Assembly (NCBI GenBank): GCA_046760505.1
Contig: JBHIEG010000004.1
Span: 1-64,000, forward strand
Reading direction: 5' to 3'
From: Candidatus Hydrothermarchaeota archaeon
GTDB lineage: Archaea; CAYFZR01
DNA: 64,000 nucleotides
The translations under genes were made by a program, and so were the position numbers. Shown piece by piece: positions 30,892-40,032 of the stretch (position 1 is its first letter; each line of letters begins with the position of its first letter). Under the pieces are notes generated by a model that did not search any database, was not told where the DNA came from, and was given only the letters and a program-made list of their open reading frames with translations.

Positions 30892-31029
30892 TCACAACTC
30901 TTCCCAAGTTACTTTACCTTCTCCTATTAATTTTTTAATCACCTTGAATGCATAACACTCTGATGATTCTCCTTCTTTGTAGAAATCGCATTTCCTGCAT
31001 ACATATGTTCTCAGGCGCTTTTCGACCAT
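30892..31029 (-). CDS. 45-aa Cys-containing protein (not in ORF track)
   Basis: MVEKRLRTYVCRKCDFYKEGESSECYAFKVIKKLIGEGKVTWEEL*, preceded by GAGAGGA. Confidence 0.75.
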   Translation of the reverse strand: MVEKRLRTYVCRKCDFYKEGESSECYAFKVIKKLIGEGKVTWEEL

Positions 31030-31088
31030 TTTATCCTCTCTTAATCTTAGATATTAGAAAAAATTAATAAAAATTGAGCAAATTTGAA

Positions 31089-31157
31089 TTACATGCAGGT
31101 CATCTTGCAGTCACAAGCACCGTATCTCATCTCTTTCTTTATTTTTCTGATCTTCAT
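31089..31157 (-). CDS. 22-aa Cys-rich putative RiPP precursor peptide (not in ORF track)
   Basis: MKIRKIKKEMRYGACDCKMTCM*; AAGGTG SD just upstream, TTTAAATA TATA-like box further up, T-rich tract downstream. Confidence 0.7.
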   Translation of the reverse strand: MKIRKIKKEMRYGACDCKMTCM

Positions 31158-31226
31158 TCCAACACCTTGGAAATCTCATTAGAGAAGTCATTTTATTTAA
31201 ATCTTTTGTTATTTAAATTTAATTCA

Positions 31227-31254
31227 GTAATACTAATTAATAAAAAAGTATTAA
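31227..31254. promoter_or_regulatory. NikR-like operator GTAATAC-N14-GTATTAA upstream of the peptide gene
   Basis: Same half-sites (one mismatch) and same spacing as the palindrome at 33566-33593. Confidence 0.6.
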
Positions 31255-31373
31255 TTCAAATAGAAGGCTTGGAGATCAGAATAAACAATAAGGACACCAG
31301 ACCTTTTCGGAAGGCTCTTCTTTTAAGAAATGGGAATAACTTGCCTATACTTATCCGATTTTTAATATGATAC

Positions 31374-32117
31374 TCAGAATTGTTTTTTGAGCTCAATGCC
31401 AGAATCAGTTATTTCAAAGGGAATTAGTTGAGTTGGATGTTTTGTATTGTGCATTTTGAGTATTTGGAGCTTTCTTTCCCATTTATCTTCAGTTCTGGCA
31501 TAGTGTAGAACTATAACCCCTTGAGTAACGTATTCTTCTACGCCAAAGGTGCTTATCTGATCTTTTCCTCCTATTCCCGATACCAGCAGACTTGTAGCAC
31601 CAGTATTGCCTAATGATTTTACCAAGGAGAGTATTTCTCCCCTCGCGGCCATGAGGCTTTCATGCTGTAAGAGAAGCGATGAAATCGGATCGATCACTAT
31701 TCTTTGAGCACCCATTTCATCCACTGTTTTTTCGAGAATGTTTCCTATGGAACTGGCGGAAAATTGTTTGGTTCCCAAAAATTCTGGAGGAGAAATAATG
31801 TATTCATCTTTAACGGATGTTCCGATTCTTACTGGAGATGCGTCAATGAATTTCAGCAGTCCTTTCTTTTCAAAACTCTCAAGATCCCAGCCAAATCTGC
31901 GCATAGCCCATCTAATATGAATGGGACTTAATTCAAGGGAGAGATATATTCCCGGCTCTTCGTATATCGCGGCTCCCTTGTACAAGTATTGGATCCCGAA
32001 TATGGTTTTACCAGCGCCAGCGCCGCCGGACAATAGCACTGTAAGACCCCTCGGTATTCCCCCCTCGATTAATTCGTCGAGATTTGGAACTCCTGTCTTG
32101 ACCCTAAATATACTCAT
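31374..32117 (-). CDS. KaiC/RAD55-family ATPase
   Basis: TGVPNLDELIEGG, GGAGAGKT Walker A, RIVIDP, ILKM. Confidence 0.9.
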   Translation of the reverse strand: MSIFRVKTGVPNLDELIEGGIPRGLTVLLSGGAGAGKTIFGIQYLYKGAAIYEEPGIYLSLELSPIHIRWAMRRFGWDLESFEKKGLLKFIDASPVRIGTSVKDEYIISPPEFLGTKQFSASSIGNILEKTVDEMGAQRIVIDPISSLLLQHESLMAARGEILSLVKSLGNTGATSLLVSGIGGKDQISTFGVEEYVTQGVIVLHYARTEDKWERKLQILKMHNTKHPTQLIPFEITDSGIELKKQF

Positions 32118-32125
32118 ATCATCAC

Positions 32126-33370
32126 CTACAACATATTGCTTTTCTCATCGATTTCCTTACTTATTGCTTTTAATTTATTTTGAATTTTTGATCTTTTATA
32201 TTCGTAATCTTTAACTCCCTTTAATCTATTCAAAGCCTCTAATTTTTCTAATTCTACTTTTAATTTTTCTTCCTCGTGTTTTAATCTGGCTATCTGGTCT
32301 TTTAACTTGATTTCTTCTTCTTCCAAATTGATCAAAGCCGTCTTGTATTCTGTGTATAATTCTTCATAAGCTTTTTGCGTAATTTTTCCTTTCTTTAAAT
32401 CAGAGTCCAAAACTTTGAGTAAATGAGTAATTCTCCTTTTTTCTCTAGATATTTTTCTTCCTTCCCTTTTTTTACCAAATACTTCCTTAAAACTTTTTAT
32501 GTGCTTAAACTTACCTTTCAGATCTTTCAGATTATTCATTAGGATTGAGCCGACTCTAAGGTAATTAGCCTTAAAAATTTTTTCTCTTCCAAAGAACAAA
32601 AGCAGAATTCCAAGGAATAATAATGAGCCATATAAGACAATCGCTGGGTCGAAAAAAACAGGGATTTCTGGATAGAATGCTAGAAGATGAACCTTTTTAT
32701 ACATAAAGTCGATTTTTCCTGAAATTGGGGAAAATACAACTGGATGGGAAGCGACTATCTTGCAGACAGTGACCGGATTTCCTTGGTAGGATAAACCTTC
32801 TTTATGAACTTTAACGTAATTTCTTATTTTTTCGGAGGGAATGACCTCTAGATCTTCACTTTTATAGCCTATGAACAGTATGCTCAAAGATTTCTCAGGT
32901 GTTATCAGAACCTTTTTGTTGTTAATTTTTTCCTCTTCACCTGGTACTAAATAATCACAACTAAACTTTATCTTTGGATTCTCTTGTATTTGAACTGTGA
33001 TAGAATCTTCCCACAGTACCAGATTTGGAATGTCTTTTGGTCTGATGGAAATTGTTATGATGGATTCGCCAAGGGAAGAGTTTTTTCTTGTAACAATGCT
33101 CAGATGGAGGGGTTTATCCGTAACTTCCATTTCTTTTTCTAAGTTGGCAGGCAGATAAAACTTGGTTTCGTCAAAATTTATGGTTAAAACCGGTTTTAAT
33201 TCTTTAAACGAATAATTGACCATTAAAACTCCTATGTCGTTGAATTTCCCGGGATAAGTTTGTAGTACATCCGTCGTTGGGGTAATCCTTACGTTAAGGA
33301 TATCTTCCAACCCATTTACAACTGTAAAACAAAATAATAATGTTATCAGCAAGGCGAATTTAGTTTTCAT
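32126..33370 (-). CDS. Hypothetical exported single-pass membrane protein with cytoplasmic coiled coil
   Basis: Signal peptide from MKTKFALLI, central TM helix, charged heptad-rich C-terminus. Confidence 0.7.
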   Translation of the reverse strand: MKTKFALLITLLFCFTVVNGLEDILNVRITPTTDVLQTYPGKFNDIGVLMVNYSFKELKPVLTINFDETKFYLPANLEKEMEVTDKPLHLSIVTRKNSSLGESIITISIRPKDIPNLVLWEDSITVQIQENPKIKFSCDYLVPGEEEKINNKKVLITPEKSLSILFIGYKSEDLEVIPSEKIRNYVKVHKEGLSYQGNPVTVCKIVASHPVVFSPISGKIDFMYKKVHLLAFYPEIPVFFDPAIVLYGSLLFLGILLLFFGREKIFKANYLRVGSILMNNLKDLKGKFKHIKSFKEVFGKKREGRKISREKRRITHLLKVLDSDLKKGKITQKAYEELYTEYKTALINLEEEEIKLKDQIARLKHEEEKLKVELEKLEALNRLKGVKDYEYKRSKIQNKLKAISKEIDEKSNML

Positions 33371-33565
33371 GATTTTAGTTTTGGTATGCATCCAATAAAA
33401 AATGTATTGTATCAGAAATCTCTCTGCATTGGGTGGATGTTTACATCTCATATTTACACCTTATACATAGCACATGTTTTTCAAGGGGGATAAGTTGCCC
33501 ACTCTTGTTACTGCGAACAGGTTCTATCGGCACCGAGTTGGTTGAAGTTCATCTTGATAAAAATG

Positions 33566-33630
33566 GTAATACTTTTATACTAGAAAGTATTACCGTAGTT
33601 CAGTATTACTAACTAACTGAAAATTATTAC
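33566..33630. promoter_or_regulatory. Tandem NikR-like operators upstream of nikM
   Basis: Perfect GTAATAC-N14-GTATTAC at 33566-33593 and degenerate GTATTAC-N14-TTATTAC at 33603-33630; same 28-bp architecture as the E. coli NikR operator GTATGA-N16-TCATAC. Confidence 0.75.
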
Positions 33631-33640
33631 TGGTGTGAAA

Positions 33641-34276
33641 ATGCACATACCAGATGGATTTTTGAGTCCAGCAGTTTGGATGACCATGTGGATTATTTCA
33701 GCCGGAATAATAGGCTATGCAATTTTAAGAACAAACAAAAGGCTTAGAGAGAGACATGTTCCTTTAATGGGTGTTCTAGCAGCCTTTATATTTGCGGGGC
33801 AGATGTTAAATGTTCCTATTGCGGCTGGAACGTCAGGACACCTGCTCGGTGGAGTTTTGTCCGCCATATTCTTGGGTCCTTTCGCGGGTAGCATAGTGAT
33901 GTCAACTGTTTTTATTGTTCAGGCAGTATTTTTCCAAGATGGAGGGATCTTTGCGCTGGGAGCAAATATATTCAATATGGGCTTAATCGGTACCATACTA
34001 GGATATTACATTTACACAGGAGTAAAAAATCTTATAGGCGGAACTAAGGGCATGTTAGTAGGCGCAGGAATCGCTGGATGGCTGGCAGTAGTACTAGCAT
34101 CCATTGCTACTTCTCTAGAACTTGGTTTCTCGGGAACTGTTCCGCTCAACTATGTTTTACCGGCTATGGTAGGCATACACGCAATCATAGGGATTATTGA
34201 AGCAGCAATCACGATTACAGTTGTGGCATACGTTTTAAGAGTTAGACCAGACCTATTGGAACTACCTAAAGTTTGA
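33641..34276 (+). CDS. nikM: ECF-type Ni/Co transporter S component NikM
   Basis: N-terminal MHIPDGFL (NikM-type), GTSGHLLGG, DGG...LGAN; ATG at 33641 gives the free Met-His metal site. Confidence 0.92.
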   Translation: MHIPDGFLSPAVWMTMWIISAGIIGYAILRTNKRLRERHVPLMGVLAAFIFAGQMLNVPIAAGTSGHLLGGVLSAIFLGPFAGSIVMSTVFIVQAVFFQDGGIFALGANIFNMGLIGTILGYYIYTGVKNLIGGTKGMLVGAGIAGWLAVVLASIATSLELGFSGTVPLNYVLPAMVGIHAIIGIIEAAITITVVAYVLRVRPDLLELPKV

Positions 34277-34285
34277 GGTGATAAT

Positions 34286-34582
34286 ATGGGTTTAAAATGG
34301 TGGCATCTTGGATTAATAATCTCCTTGATTATGGCTGGAATAATTTCTATTTACGCTTCTTCAAGTCCAGATGGTCTTGAAAGAGTAGCGGAGGATAAAG
34401 GATTCATTTCAAAAGGAAAGAAAGAGGTCATTCACTCACCAATGCCTGAGTACACAATCCCAGGCATAAGTAACGTTAAATTATCAACATCTTTGGCAGG
34501 ACTAGTAGGTACGCTCTTAGTTTTCTTGCTTATGTACAGTATGGGAAAAGCGTTGAAGGGAGAAAAAAGGAATGGAGCATGA
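34286..34582 (+). CDS. nikN: NikN (PDGLE domain)
   Basis: ASSSPDGLE motif, two TM helices. Confidence 0.9.
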   Translation: MGLKWWHLGLIISLIMAGIISIYASSSPDGLERVAEDKGFISKGKKEVIHSPMPEYTIPGISNVKLSTSLAGLVGTLLVFLLMYSMGKALKGEKRNGA

Positions 34583-35342
34583 CTTTTTAGATAAGTATGC
34601 CGATCTCAACAGTCCAATACACAAATTGGATCCGAGAGTTAAGGTGGTCTCCTTTCTTATCTTCATCTTCTCAGTAATCTTGACTCCTCCTTTAAAATTC
34701 AAAAATTTTTTATTCTTCTTCATTTTGATTTTAGCGTTTATTTTAATCTCAAAAGTACCGCTGAGATTTATTTTAAAACGCTCACTCATAATAATACCCT
34801 TTGTTTTCTTGGTTGCTATTTTTATTCCCTTTTTAAAACAGGGTGAGATAGCTGGCTCCTATAGTTTTGGGACTTTGCATCTTTCGGTAAGTTATGGAGG
34901 TTTAATCGTACTGTGGAACGTACTGATAAAATCCTGGCTCTCTGTCTTAAGTATGATTGTTTTGGTATCAACCACAAAATTTCAAAGGATTTTAAAGGCA
35001 CTCGAGAGTTTGGGAGTTCCAAAAGTTATGGTCATGGTATTATCCTTTTTTTATCGCTATGTATTCGTACTTTTAGATGAAATGATTAGGATGAAAAGAG
35101 CAAAAGATTCGAGAAGTTTTAATGGTGGTAGAATCTGGCACATTAAAACCATAGGGAATATAATTGGCATTTTGTTTATAAGATCTTACGAAAGAGCAGA
35201 GCGAGTATATATTTCCATGGTCTCAAGGGGCTTTACAGGCAAAATGAGAACCATAGATGATTTTAAGATTAATAAGCATGATATTCTGTTTATCCTTCCC
35301 TTCCTCATAATTCTCATTATAATAAACGTTCTGGTGATATAA
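34572..35342 (+). CDS. nikQ: ECF transporter T component NikQ/CbiQ
   Basis: LDPRVK, YRY, ERAERVY.SM.SRG. Confidence 0.92.
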   Translation: MEHDFLDKYADLNSPIHKLDPRVKVVSFLIFIFSVILTPPLKFKNFLFFFILILAFILISKVPLRFILKRSLIIIPFVFLVAIFIPFLKQGEIAGSYSFGTLHLSVSYGGLIVLWNVLIKSWLSVLSMIVLVSTTKFQRILKALESLGVPKVMVMVLSFFYRYVFVLLDEMIRMKRAKDSRSFNGGRIWHIKTIGNIIGILFIRSYERAERVYISMVSRGFTGKMRTIDDFKINKHDILFILPFLIILIIINVLVI

Positions 35343-36145
35343 TGCCGAGAAAAATGGTGGAAATTAAAGACCTGAGTTATATATACCCGGATGGAACCGA
35401 AGCGCTAAGAGGAATAAATCTGGAGATCTTTGAAGGGGAGAGCGTAGGTTTGATAGGACCCAATGGAGCAGGCAAATCTACGTTAATCCTACATTTAAAC
35501 GGTATTTTGAGGAGTAACAACGGAGAAGTTCGAGTTATGGACATGGATATGGAGAAAGATATCAAAGAAATCAGGAGCAAAATCGGATTGGTTTTTCAGG
35601 ATCCGGATGATCAATTATTTTCTCCCTCAGTATTTGATGACGTGGCATTTGGTCCCATAAACATGGGATTTTCAAAAAAGGAGGTGGAAAAAAGGGTTAA
35701 TATGGCGTTAAGTCAAGTTAACATGCTCGGATACGAAGAGAGATCTCCGCACCATTTGAGTTATGGAGAGAAGAAAAGAATAGCCATAGCAACCGTTCTC
35801 TCCATGAATCCCGAGATACTGGTCCTAGATGAGCCGACGAGCAACATCGATCCACGATCAAGAAAAGGATTGATAAAACTGTTGAGAAGTTTTAATATCA
35901 CGAAGATAATTGCCTCTCACGACATGGATTTGGTTGCAGAAGTGTGTGACAAGGCAGTTTTGCTGTACAATGGGAAAATAGTTGCAAATGGACCCGTAGA
36001 AGAAATTTTGACTGATATAGATCTCTTAGAATCTCATGGACTGGAGCCTCCAACCATGGTCAAGCTTTTTAAGACAATAAATCATAAAAATGTTCCCTTG
36101 AGGTTGGAAGATGGCATAGAGAGATTAAAGAAAATCATGGGATGA
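35342..36145 (+). CDS. nikO: ECF transporter ATPase NikO/CbiO
   Basis: [31 protein letters not shown]. Confidence 0.93.
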   Translation: MPRKMVEIKDLSYIYPDGTEALRGINLEIFEGESVGLIGPNGAGKSTLILHLNGILRSNNGEVRVMDMDMEKDIKEIRSKIGLVFQDPDDQLFSPSVFDDVAFGPINMGFSKKEVEKRVNMALSQVNMLGYEERSPHHLSYGEKKRIAIATVLSMNPEILVLDEPTSNIDPRSRKGLIKLLRSFNITKIIASHDMDLVAEVCDKAVLLYNGKIVANGPVEEILTDIDLLESHGLEPPTMVKLFKTINHKNVPLRLEDGIERLKKIMG

Positions 36146-36216
36146 GTTTACACAAGGGAGACAATTCTTTACATTAAATTCTTTACATTATCTACCTTTA
36201 CGTTACCATTTCTATG

Positions 36217-36576
36217 TTACGAACCCTTCCTTGAATGACTCCATTCCATTAGAGGCATTACTGCCTTTCTTAATTCTTCTCCGTCTTTTGTGAGGGAATA
36301 CTCTACTCTTGGAGGTATTTCCGCAAACGTTTCTCTCTTGATGAGTCCTTCTTTTTCTAACTCTTTCAGTCTATCAGATAGGGTTTTTGGACTAATGCCC
36401 CCTAATTTTTCTTTAATTTCGTTATATCTTATTTTTTTGTGGTTACCTATGATTGCTATGATTTGTAGGGTCCACTTTTTACTTATGGTATTTATTATGC
36501 CTTCTAGAGGACATAGACACGTATCATCAACGTTTTTGTCAGTGTTTTTACACTTGGATTTGATTTCTTCCTGCAT
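36217..36576 (-). CDS. HxlR-family winged-HTH regulator
   Basis: CP...ISKKW, ISPKTLSDRLKELE, PPRVEYSLT. Confidence 0.92.
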   Translation of the reverse strand: MQEEIKSKCKNTDKNVDDTCLCPLEGIINTISKKWTLQIIAIIGNHKKIRYNEIKEKLGGISPKTLSDRLKELEKEGLIKRETFAEIPPRVEYSLTKDGEELRKAVMPLMEWSHSRKGS

Positions 36577-36647
36577 ACTCGGTCACTTTATCCATAGTTA
36601 CTATGTTACTTTAAACTCTATAGTTTAAATACTTTATAATTTATATC

Positions 36648-36666
36648 TACTTCATAATAAGAAGTA
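36648..36666. promoter_or_regulatory. Palindrome TACTTC-N7-GAAGTA, probable HxlR-family operator
   Basis: Inverted repeat in the divergent promoter between the HxlR gene and its neighbour. Confidence 0.5.
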
Positions 36667-36740
36667 AAGAAATGAGGTGTTGTCTACATATAAACACTCC
36701 GCAGAAGGATGCAGAAGCAAAAACAGGAGGAGAGGAAAAA

Positions 36741-37241
36741 ATGGAGTTTATTACGGTTATATTACGATGGATTCATGATGTTGCTACCGTTGTATGGATT
36801 GGTGGTATGGCCTTTAACATATCAGTTGTTCGTCCATCGCTGATCGTCGTCGATCCGTCTCAGCGTATAAAACTAGCAGTCACCGTATTAAAGCGTTTTA
36901 TATACTTTGCCTGGGGATGTATTTTTTTGCTCGTTTTCTCGGGCGTATTCATGGTAAATAAAGCCATTTCTCTTGGCATGTACTTAAATACTCCTTATGG
37001 GAATGTTTTAGCCATTAAACATTTTGTATTACTAGCAATGGTTGTTCTGGTAGCATGGATAAGTTTTATATCATGTCCAAAGGTCGCAGAGTTGGTGAAG
37101 CCTGAACAACCACCTGAGCCAACTCCTGAGCTAATGAAGTTGCTAGGAAACATTGTTTCAATAGTAAAGGTTAACTTGGCACTCGGCTTCCTTGTACTTC
37201 TTTTAACAGAGATAATGGTACAATTAGGAGGATTTGTCTGA
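36741..37241 (+). CDS. CopD/DUF4149-like 4-TM membrane protein
   Basis: WIH......WIGG, YG..L.IK; ATG at 36741 after GGAGG. Confidence 0.8.
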   Translation: MEFITVILRWIHDVATVVWIGGMAFNISVVRPSLIVVDPSQRIKLAVTVLKRFIYFAWGCIFLLVFSGVFMVNKAISLGMYLNTPYGNVLAIKHFVLLAMVVLVAWISFISCPKVAELVKPEQPPEPTPELMKLLGNIVSIVKVNLALGFLVLLLTEIMVQLGGFV

Positions 37242-37287
37242 GTGTTTGTTTGAGCATGTCTAGCAGCAAAGAAGGAGGTGAGGAAAC

Positions 37288-37353
37288 ATGTGCATAGAAT
37301 GTTTGCAACGTAAAAAAGAAAAAAAGGATAAGAATACTCCAAAAGACAAATGA
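37288..37353 (+). CDS. Possible 21-aa CxxC micropeptide
   Basis: MCIECLQRKKEKKDKNTPKDK* preceded by a perfect GGAGGTGA SD. Confidence 0.4.
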   Translation: MCIECLQRKKEKKDKNTPKDK

Positions 37354-37355
37354 AG

Positions 37356-37495
37356 TAGAAGGGGGTTTTAACATAGCTTATACTGAAATTATTTTATACT
37401 ACCTTATCACCCCCTCTCTACACCCTAGAAGGGGGTTTTAACGTAACTTATACCGCAATTACCCTATTCTAACTTATCTCCCCCTTTCTAAACCC
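37356..37495. repeat. Two tandem 70-bp imperfect repeats with self-complementary ends
   Basis: Units 37356-37425 and 37426-37495 match at 58/70 positions; TAGAAGGGGG...CCCCCT(C/T)TCTA. Confidence 0.85.
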
Positions 37496-37615
37496 CCATA
37501 TAAAATAGAATGCGTGAAAAAGCGGGTAAAAAAGTGGATAAAAAGTTTAGAACAGAAAACGACTCTTGTCTTAATTCTCGTCTCAGTAATAATATAATTT
37601 TTTATAAAATTGCGG

Positions 37616-37636
37616 ATGGAGCAAGCCATGCTCCAT
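37616..37636 (-). terminator. Hairpin just downstream of the ATPase proteolipid gene
   Basis: ATGGAGCA-AGCCA-TGCTCCAT, 8-bp stem, 12 nt past the stop. Confidence 0.4.
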
Positions 37637-37648
37637 AGGCATACTCCG

Positions 37649-37987
37649 TTACAGTTTACCCATTAAAATGAACGCTACTGCCAACCCATATAATGCTACT
37701 CCTTCCGCTAGACCAACCATAACGAGACTCCAAGCAACCATCTCTCTCTTCTCTGCTATAGCGCCTAGTGCTGCTGATCCTGCTGTACCAACGCCTATTC
37801 CTGCTCCGGTGCAGGCAAGACCGGCAGATAGGCCAATTCCTATTGCTATCCCGAGGGATTTTAAACCGTCCCCAACTGCGAGCTCTTCTATTTTTTCTTC
37901 TCCTTGTGCAAGTACAGGTATTGTGCAAATCAAAAATAGTATCAAAAAGGCATTTAAAATTACAATTCCTTTTAACATCCTTTTCAT
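37649..37987 (-). CDS. atpK: A/V-type ATPase proteolipid subunit K (c)
   Basis: GAGIGVG...A.GAIAE...GLAEGVALYGL with the conserved Glu; signal-like leader. Confidence 0.92.
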   Translation of the reverse strand: MKRMLKGIVILNAFLILFLICTIPVLAQGEEKIEELAVGDGLKSLGIAIGIGLSAGLACTGAGIGVGTAGSAALGAIAEKREMVAWSLVMVGLAEGVALYGLAVAFILMGKL

Positions 37988-38034
37988 CCAATCCCTCCTT
38001 TTTATTGCTTTTTCTTATTGGCAATCATTGCGTT

Positions 38035-40032
38035 TCATAAAGGTGCTAAGAATGTATATTTACGTATTGCCTTAAAGGCTTCGAATTTAGTTCCCCCCGC
38101 ATCGTAAAACTTGGAAAACCACTCGTAGTAATGAAGCCTTAGTGTCTGTATAAAGGACACAAAGCCCTCTATTCCGATTATGAAGATGTTTCCGATTAAG
38201 AATATTATGGATTTCAAAAACAGCGGGGCTACCATTTCCATGAACATTACCATTATGCTACACAAAGCCGCGTGAACTAATGCAATTGCTGTAATTCTTA
38301 CATACGATATACAGTTCGCCAAATATCTCGTTATAGCCTCGAAAGAACCATAAAAGCCCCACAAAAAAGAGGTATGCTCAGCGTACTTGGTGCCGATGCA
38401 TATCACCAGCAAAGGCAAATACAGGAAGGGTATTGCTAGTGTATCTCTTAACAATAGAAATACATCTGTTCCGTGTTTTATAATCAATAATGTGCCGCCC
38501 CAAAGGAGCCAGAGACCGGAGAGGCTCCATGGAGGGAATAATGCTTCCAGATAATCTTTGTGCATGATGTGGTTTAGCATATTCAGTATTATACCCAGAC
38601 TTAACTGTACCAAGCCAATAACGATTGCAAATACAACCAGATTAGTACCGCTTTCTAAAGGTCTAAGCCAGAGAGGCTCTAATATTTCCAATCCGAATAC
38701 GCTTCCGTACAATAAACCTCCAAGCGTACCCATTATTCCACAAGCAAGCATAATCTTCCCAAATTTTTCTATAACTTCGCCGAATTTAAAATAAAAACCC
38801 AGCAAGAAACCTAAAATTGCTATTACGAGCCCCTGTCCGACATCTCCAAACATTAGCCCATACATGAAGGGGAAACTTATTCCCATAAAGAAGGTTGGAT
38901 CGATTTTGTCGTAGCCAGGGAGCCCGTATGTTTCTGTCAGGATTTCAACAGGCTTTATAGGGGGTGGATTTGATAGCATTGTAGGGGGGTTATCTCCTTT
39001 TTTTGGTTCATCTATTCTAATGATGCCATATCCATTCGTAGTATTGTTAAAGATCTCTTTTAACTTTTCAATTAGATAATAAGGAACCCAACCGCTTATC
39101 AAGTAGCTTTTAGTAGTCTTACCGAATAGAGAGGTGATTTCATCAAGATTTTTTTCTATTTCCAACTGTTCTTTCATTAAGAGTAGTTCTTTTTCATTAA
39201 CGTTTGCAATTCTTTTTAATTCTTCTTTAAGTTTATCCTCTTCTACGGTAATATGAGATATGCTTTCTTCCAAAAAGTTCTCAGCGTCTTCCAATTCAAG
39301 ATCACAAATTTTTCTTGGTATGCTAAGACTCTCAAAGCCTCTAGCGCGTAAAATTTTTCGTATTTCACTTTCATATTCATATAAACTAACAATTATGATG
39401 AATTTGGTTTTTTTATCGACATCCCCCGAGAACAAATAGAGAAAATCTTCTGTTGCTTCCTTAAGTTCTGGTTCAAGGAAATTTAATTGATCTTTAGGTA
39501 CGGTTCCAGTTTCTAAGTAAAATAGTTTGAAACCCTCCAGATACTTTGGACCGATACCAAAATTTTCCAAAATGGATAAAACTTCTTGGCAAGTAAGAAT
39601 ATCGCTTCTCTCTTCTCTCAAAGCATCAAGTTTCGATGAAGTCTTTAAAACTTCCTTTTCTATGTTCTCAAACTTTTTTTCGAATCCTTCAAATAGTTCT
39701 AGAATAGACGTTTCTTTGATCGGTATTTTTTCGATTTCTTTTACTTCTAAGATTTTTTTTATTTTGTTGCTAAATGTTTTTTCTTCTTCAACTGACTGCA
39801 GAATATCCAAAATCCTATTTATCCTAGATAAGAGCCCTGATGTTTTATATCTTACCCAAGTAGATGGTGGAACTTCTATTCCTATCTCCTTAAGCATTTC
39901 TTGGGATTCTATTTCCTCATGAACATTAATGAGATGAATTATTCCCAATTCTTTTAGTTCTCTCATTAGGGGATCTAACTTATCTTCAAGTACAATAGCG
40001 TGAACCTTTTTCATACGTATCGGTCTTAACAT
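38035..40032 (-). CDS. atpI: A/V-type ATPase subunit I (a)
   Basis: MLRP.RMKK, PPT, YGLP.Y..IDPT, MFGDVGQG, SYVRI, LRLHYYEWFSKFY. Confidence 0.95.
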   Translation of the reverse strand: MLRPIRMKKVHAIVLEDKLDPLMRELKELGIIHLINVHEEIESQEMLKEIGIEVPPSTWVRYKTSGLLSRINRILDILQSVEEEKTFSNKIKKILEVKEIEKIPIKETSILELFEGFEKKFENIEKEVLKTSSKLDALREERSDILTCQEVLSILENFGIGPKYLEGFKLFYLETGTVPKDQLNFLEPELKEATEDFLYLFSGDVDKKTKFIIIVSLYEYESEIRKILRARGFESLSIPRKICDLELEDAENFLEESISHITVEEDKLKEELKRIANVNEKELLLMKEQLEIEKNLDEITSLFGKTTKSYLISGWVPYYLIEKLKEIFNNTTNGYGIIRIDEPKKGDNPPTMLSNPPPIKPVEILTETYGLPGYDKIDPTFFMGISFPFMYGLMFGDVGQGLVIAILGFLLGFYFKFGEVIEKFGKIMLACGIMGTLGGLLYGSVFGLEILEPLWLRPLESGTNLVVFAIVIGLVQLSLGIILNMLNHIMHKDYLEALFPPWSLSGLWLLWGGTLLIIKHGTDVFLLLRDTLAIPFLYLPLLVICIGTKYAEHTSFLWGFYGSFEAITRYLANCISYVRITAIALVHAALCSIMVMFMEMVAPLFLKSIIFLIGNIFIIGIEGFVSFIQTLRLHYYEWFSKFYDAGGTKFEAFKAIRKYTFLAPL

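Noticed and set aside
31074-31370. 98-aa plus-strand ORF in the track
   Set aside because: AT-rich, no recognisable motifs, antisense to the peptide gene and its promoter
36164-36192. Short direct repeat TTCTTTACATTA x2 (also TGGTCCTGA x2 near 7664-7688)
   Set aside because: Short repeats between convergent gene ends; most likely local slippage or terminator sequence
37356-37495. CRISPR array or replication-origin ORB elements
   Set aside because: Only two contiguous units with no unique spacers and no cas genes; a G-string is present but no ORB TCCA..GAAA core and no cdc6
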